A stretch of 54,354 nt of DNA, filler included, from Jimgerdemannia flammicorona (lineage: Eukaryota): NCBI GenBank assembly GCA_003990765.1. It is 3 parts of 3 records of this genome, joined end to end, with 100 filler letters (N's around TTAATTAATTAA, not from the genome) between each part and the next. Parts side by side here need not be neighbours in the genome. Positions count along the whole stretch, not along the records: positions 36,307 to 54,354 come from RBNJ01002319.1; 2 more parts are not named here. One strand, given 5' to 3'. Positions within the stretch are counted from its first letter, which is position 1. Each line of letters starts with the position of its first letter. A program made the translations under genes and the position numbers. Of this stretch, positions 49,158 through 54,354 are shown one piece after another. The notes under the pieces were generated by a model. That model saw nothing but the letters and a program-made list of their open reading frames with translations, searched no databases and was not told where the DNA came from.

Positions 49158-52100
49158 GAAATCAAGGTCAGAATTTGCTGTCATGATGTGTTTCAGAGGC
49201 TTGGTGGTGACTGCAAGGACAATCCTGGGGCTGGTGGCAAAGGAGGTGAAAGAGGCAGCATCGGTGAAGTTTTTGAAGGGGAAAGTAGGGGTCGAGGTGG
49301 GGTTTGAGGAAGAGGAAGCATTGCTGGCTACCATGGAGAAGTGGGTAACAGTGGGTGGAGTTGTGGTCTCTATAGCCAGGTGCATGTGCTGGGACCCCCT
49401 GAGTGGTACAGTTAACAGTGCTGGATCTTCCTATAGTGTTGAGAGAGAGGGCCAGAGAGCTGATTGTGGGGGCAGTCAAGGAATATGGTGAGATTGTGGA
49501 TATCGGGTTTAAGTTCTGGGAGAGTACAGAGCTCCGAACTGGTGACATTGATGTTTGGGTGAGGCTGGCTAGAAAGGAGAACACAGGGAAGATGAGGGAT
49601 TGGCCAGTGACTCTGAAGTGGAGACTGGTGGAGTGTGAGGTCACATGGGTGAAGGGGACTCAGGAAGAGGAGGAAGATTTGCTTGAGGCTCTGGAGGATC
49701 TGGCAGGTACAGTTGAGAGGAGGAGATTGGCTTGGAAGGAGTATGTAGACAAGACAGTGGTGGAAGTAGTCGATGGAAAGAGGATCAGGATGGATTGGGG
49801 GACCTGGGAGAAGATGCAGGGGAGGAGAATCCAGAAGGAGCTGCTGGTGAAGTTGGGCAGTAGTGGGGCTGACAGCAGCAAAGAGGATGGGAGAGCTGAA
49901 TTGTGTGAGAATGCCTGAGCAGGGGAATGTGGGACAGCCCAAGGTGGGGTCCAGGGTGGACTTAGGGAGAAGAGAGAGAGTAGTGTGGAGGAGGCAGATG
50001 TAGAAATGAGCAAAGGGGTTCACTCTCAGCATAGTGTCCCAGGTGGGGCAGGGGGTGAGGAGGAGTTGCTGGATATACCAGATGAGGAGTGGGATGAGTC
50101 AGTAAGGAGGAGTGCTTTGGTGGACCCAGAGGTGGGGGGTGATTGGGTCACCTAGGGTATGGATGAGGAGAAGTGACTGTGGAAGACTCTGGAAGGGGTG
50201 GCAGTGGAGGAGCTGGGGGGAGAGGACTTCCGGGTTATGGAAGAGAGGCATTGGGAGGAAATCCTTCATGGTGAAGAGGTGCTAAGAAAAGTGAGGAATG
50301 AGATTCTGGTAGTTCTCTTGGAATCAGTTGAATACCAAGTCAATGATCAGAGAGATGAGGAACTTAGAGGGATTGCAAATGACAGGGCAGCTTACTTGTG
50401 GGGCTCAAGGAAGGGATTGGAGAAGTGGAGGGTGGTCTGCACAGACTATCAGTCGGAGATGGAGGTGGTGGATGGGGTAGAATGTCAAGAAATCTTGGAG
50501 GTATTGGATGCTCAGGCTGTCGCAGAGGTTGACTTGGAAGCAGAGTGGCACTTGGATCTGGCTGGGGATGAGATGAGCATAGAATACTAGGCTGGGATCT
50601 CAAATCCAAATATTATTCAATATGAATAGTACACCTAGAATATTCTCTTTAAATGTGAATGGGCTATGGGGGGTAGCTAGGAGGAAGTACATATTTGGAT
50701 GGCTAAAGGAACTGGATGTGGACCCCTTTTTACTGCAGGATATCTGTTATGAGGTGGATGTGGACTTACAAGATTGGACTAAGGAATGGGGGGGGGGCTG
50801 CAGTGTGGACAGGGAGGGTGGGCATCTTAGTTTGGAAGGGGATGGGGAACATTGGGGACATTGGACATTGGGGGACTCGGTTGGTGTAGTGAGTATGGAA
50901 GAGGTCAGGATAGTGCCCATTGACAGTTGGGTCATATTACTGCTCAGCAGAGAGAGGGGAATGGGTGGATTGGATTCAGGATTTGAAAGAGGCTGGTGTC
51001 TTGGGTGAGATTGGGTTTGACTGCCTAGTGGGTGACTTCAACATGGTGCGGGATAAGGGGATGGACAGGACAGATGGTGGGAGAGGAATGAGGAGCAGGA
51101 GTAGTGGGTTGGATGATTGGTTCGAGGTAGAGAGGTTGAGTTTTTTGGTTGATTCAAGAAGATGGTTTTGGAGCAATCATCGAATTTATACTCACTGAGT
51201 GACAGGGCTGGGCTCCAGAATCAACTGGCTATTGATGGTGGAATGCTGGGGAGTAGATGTCTGGGCTATGCTGAAGGTGGTTTGGTGTCCTTGATCAGAT
51301 CACTGGGGTTTGTTAGGAGGGGGGAGGTTTGGGGAAAGTGGGGAGGGGCCTGGACATTGGCAACTAAATTCTTCTTTGTTGGAGGTTGGGGCTTTATGGG
51401 CAGACTGGAAGAAGGAGATTATTGGGAAAATAGAGAGGTAGTGGGAACAGGGCCTAGTGATTGGAGACTGCTGGAGGAGGCTGAAAGTGAGTGCTCAGGG
51501 GTACTGGAGGGAAGCCAGGAAAGGAAGGTCAGTGGTAGAGGGTGCTATAGGCCTCACAGCAATTGGCAGCACTCATGGAGAGATGGGCAGGAGTGCTAGA
51601 AGACAGAGAGGTGGCCAACTGGCATTTTGTGAGGATCCAGAAAGAAGTAGAGGAGCTTAAGAAAGTGTTATGTAGGGAGGAAGAGGTTAGGCTGAAGGGA
51701 ATAGTGGCATGGCTGAGGTGGTAGGGGCTTGAGGAGGGGGAGAGACCTACTAGGTTTTTATCATGGATGTTACAGGCACAGAGAACTAAGCAGCAGTGGG
51801 ATGGGGTCCTGGATGTGGATGAGGAGATAGTGGTGGGGACTCTGGCGATTTTGGGATTGCTGAGGACCTGGTGGGAGGATTTGTGGAGCAAGGAGGAAGG
51901 GGGGGAGGATGTGTGGAACATTGAGAGGCAGCTGGAGGATTGGCATCTGGACCCTGCAATGGGTCTGGGAACTCTGGGGGACCCAGTGAGAGGAGAGAAA
52001 GTTTGCAAGGTCTTGGCTACAACAAGTAAGGAGATGGCTCCAGGGGAGGATGAACTTTCCTGTGATTTTAGGAAGAAGATGGCTGGGGTGGCAGAGGTAT

Positions 52101-54354
52101 TGAAGGAAATGATGGAAATGTATGGTGAGATTCTTCAATCTGGAACTTGGATTGGAGACCAGCACCTAGGGCTGGTCTCCTTGCTCTACAAAGATAAGAG
52201 GAGATGGGAAGATTGGAAGAACTAGCAGCCAATCATGCTACTCGACATGGACTGCAAACTGGTGACTAAGATTTTGGTGATAAGGCTACAGGGAATCGCT
52301 CAGCAAGTTCTGGGGGTGGAGCAATGAGGATTTGTCAGTAGCTGGTTGATCCACGATGGGACAGCTTGGGTACATGGTGTGATTGAAGGGGCTCAGGCTG
52401 TAGGGGTGGATGGTAGATTGGTGTTTTTGAATCAGGAGAAGGCATATGATAGAGTGAGGAGGGTCTGGTTGGAGGGGGTATTAAAATGAGTTGGTGTTCC
52501 CCCAGGGTTCCAAAGATCATTGATCAGCCTTTTGGAAAACAGTCAGGCTGCATTGGTCATCAATGGCCACAGGGGTGTAACCTTCCCTCTTGGTCGTGGG
52601 ATGCTGCAAGGAGACCCTTTGTCACCCATCTTATATGCCCTCTCCCTGGAGCCCCTCCTGGACAGGATCTGGTGTCGAATTGGGGGGTTGGATATTCTAG
52701 GGATAAATTGAAAGATGGGGGCCTTTGCAGATGACATAGTGGTTAGACTGGGCTTGTTGGCAGATGTGGGGGAATTAAGAAGGTCTGTGGAATGGTATGA
52801 GAGGGGCTCTGGTGCTAAACTCAATTGGTACAAATGCAAGACTCTGGTGCTAGGTAGTGGAATCATTAGCAGTGATGTGATTGGGATGGTGGTGCCAGCA
52901 GGAGAGCCAGTTTGTTACCTGGGGATCTACTTTTCAGTGTTTGGGTCTCTTCTCCCCCATGCTTGGTGGGATCAACAACTCCTGGAGTGGGGTATTGTAC
53001 TTTTGCAGTGGGGTGGTTAGCATATGACCTTGGCAGGAAGGGTAATGGTACTGAATATGTATTGGCTGCCGAAGCTGTGGTATGTGGGGTATCATCTAGA
53101 CTTCTCAGCTTGGGTGGTCAGGAGCCTGTTGAAGATGGCGAGATCATGGATCTGGGCAGAGTGGCAAAGTCAGTTAGGATGGGAGGTTCTTACCCTACCA
53201 GTGGAAAGAGGCAGGCTGGGTTTAGTGGACCTTACTAAACATCTTCTCTGCTTGAGAGCCTGGTGGCTGAGGAGGGCGAGCAAGCTGAGGGGTCAGGAGT
53301 GGGTGCCACTCATATAGAGGGTGTGGGAGATCTAGTATTCCCACCATGGAGATTCTGGAGACCTGCTTGCAATGGTGGCCATAGATGGGAGCAGGAGGAT
53401 GCAGTATAAAGGCTTTTGGTAGTGGGTGGTGGATGGTGCTAAGAAAATTGGACTTTGGTGGCAGAGTGAGGAGGGAGAGAAGGATTGGGGACTGCAGATG
53501 TGGAGATGGGACAGGCTACTGCTGGGCAGTATTTTGGTGGAGGACTTCCAGCTTAGTGATAGAATGGAGTGTTTGTGGGGCTTAGGTGGGGACCTTTGGC
53601 CTGAAGCCAGGCAGAGAGTTGGGATTGGCAAGGAGTGGGACTGGAATGGTCTCTGGATTTGGAGCAAGCAGGTGATGCAGTGGCTACCCCTCAAGTTCTG
53701 GGTGGTATGGTGGTGAGTTCTACAGTGAAATGTGATGTTGAACTATCAGTCTGGGCACTTGGTGGCTGGTGGCACATTTGAGTGTGAGGAATGCTTTGAT
53801 GTTGGACAGGAAGGGGGAGTGATACAAATGCCTGAACATTGGCTTGGTGAGTGTGATGTTTTGGGGGTGATTTGGTATTGTATTGTGGACCATTTAGGAT
53901 TGCGAGCCCTGGAGGGAGGGGAAGGGGAGAGGTGGGGAGAGCTCCACCATAGGCTGGTATGAGGGGTAGGGGATGAATGGATGACCCTCAGTTAGGCTCT
54001 CGTCATATGGGTTGGGATGGCTGGGCATTAGGTACATGTATTTGAGGAGAGCCAGTGGGTTGGGGTTGGAGATAGGGTGGCACATTGGGAATGGTTACTA
54101 CTGGATATTTTGAACAGCTGGTGGTAAGGGTGGGGGCCAGGTGGGGGGAGTCACAGGGATTTGGTACAGTGTATCTCCCAGAAAAATGGCAGGAGGATTC
54201 AGATGGTATGTGACTGGGTTATCCTCTGGTAGGGGAGTGTGGAGGGTAGAGGGGTGGATCAAAGGGGTATCAGTTGAGGGGATGGGGTGATATTGTATTA
54301 TTATTATTATAGATGCCAGCACTCACGGGACGCCTAAGTGAATATAAAAAAAAA
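49158..54354 (+). mobile_element. L1/Tx1-like LINE, near full length, degenerate (ORF1 remnant about 49180-50590; ORF2 from 50622)
   Basis: APE: IFSLNVNGL, LLQDI, LVGDFN; RT: APGED, QPIMLLDMDCKL, GMLQGDPLSPILY, AFADDI, YLGI; C-terminal CEEC...EHWLGEC; poly(A) at window end. Multiple stops and frameshifts. Confidence 0.9.

Noticed and set aside
49077..54322. Numerous minus-strand Pro/Ser/Leu-rich ORFs
   Set aside because: Antisense shadows of the G-rich LINE.

Overview
Eukaryotic, intron-containing DNA, most likely fungal; an early-diverging Mucoromycota-type genome is my inference, not demonstrated. About 80% is decayed, nested transposon sequence. A Tc1/mariner element (2373-16316) contains a hAT element (3214-15670), which contains a dUTPase- and chromodomain-bearing Ty3/Gypsy element (4901-10978). 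A second dUTPase-bearing Ty3/Gypsy family occurs as five copies or fragments, alongside hAT MITEs and L1/Tx1-type LINEs; repeats show strong C>T/G>A decay. The main feature is an apparently intact 11-exon gene model at 37470-44139 (+) that I spliced by hand into one open frame of 1932 aa: CHAT caspase-like protease, NB-ARC, Ras/Rho-like pseudo-GTPase-looking linker, second NB-ARC, SEL1, ankyrin, LRRs encoded one per 84-nt exon, and a C-terminal DUF5615/Mut7-C-type PIN domain. It looks like a giant NLR-type immune receptor with an effector at each end. A degenerate array of the same LRR exon/intron cassette lies upstream on the opposite strand. The second Gypsy family also encodes integrase and an extra 153-aa ORF as separate cistrons with overlapping start/stop codons conserved across copies. 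Two 100-nt assembly gaps limit interpretation. All domain calls are by eye from motifs; no searches were run.
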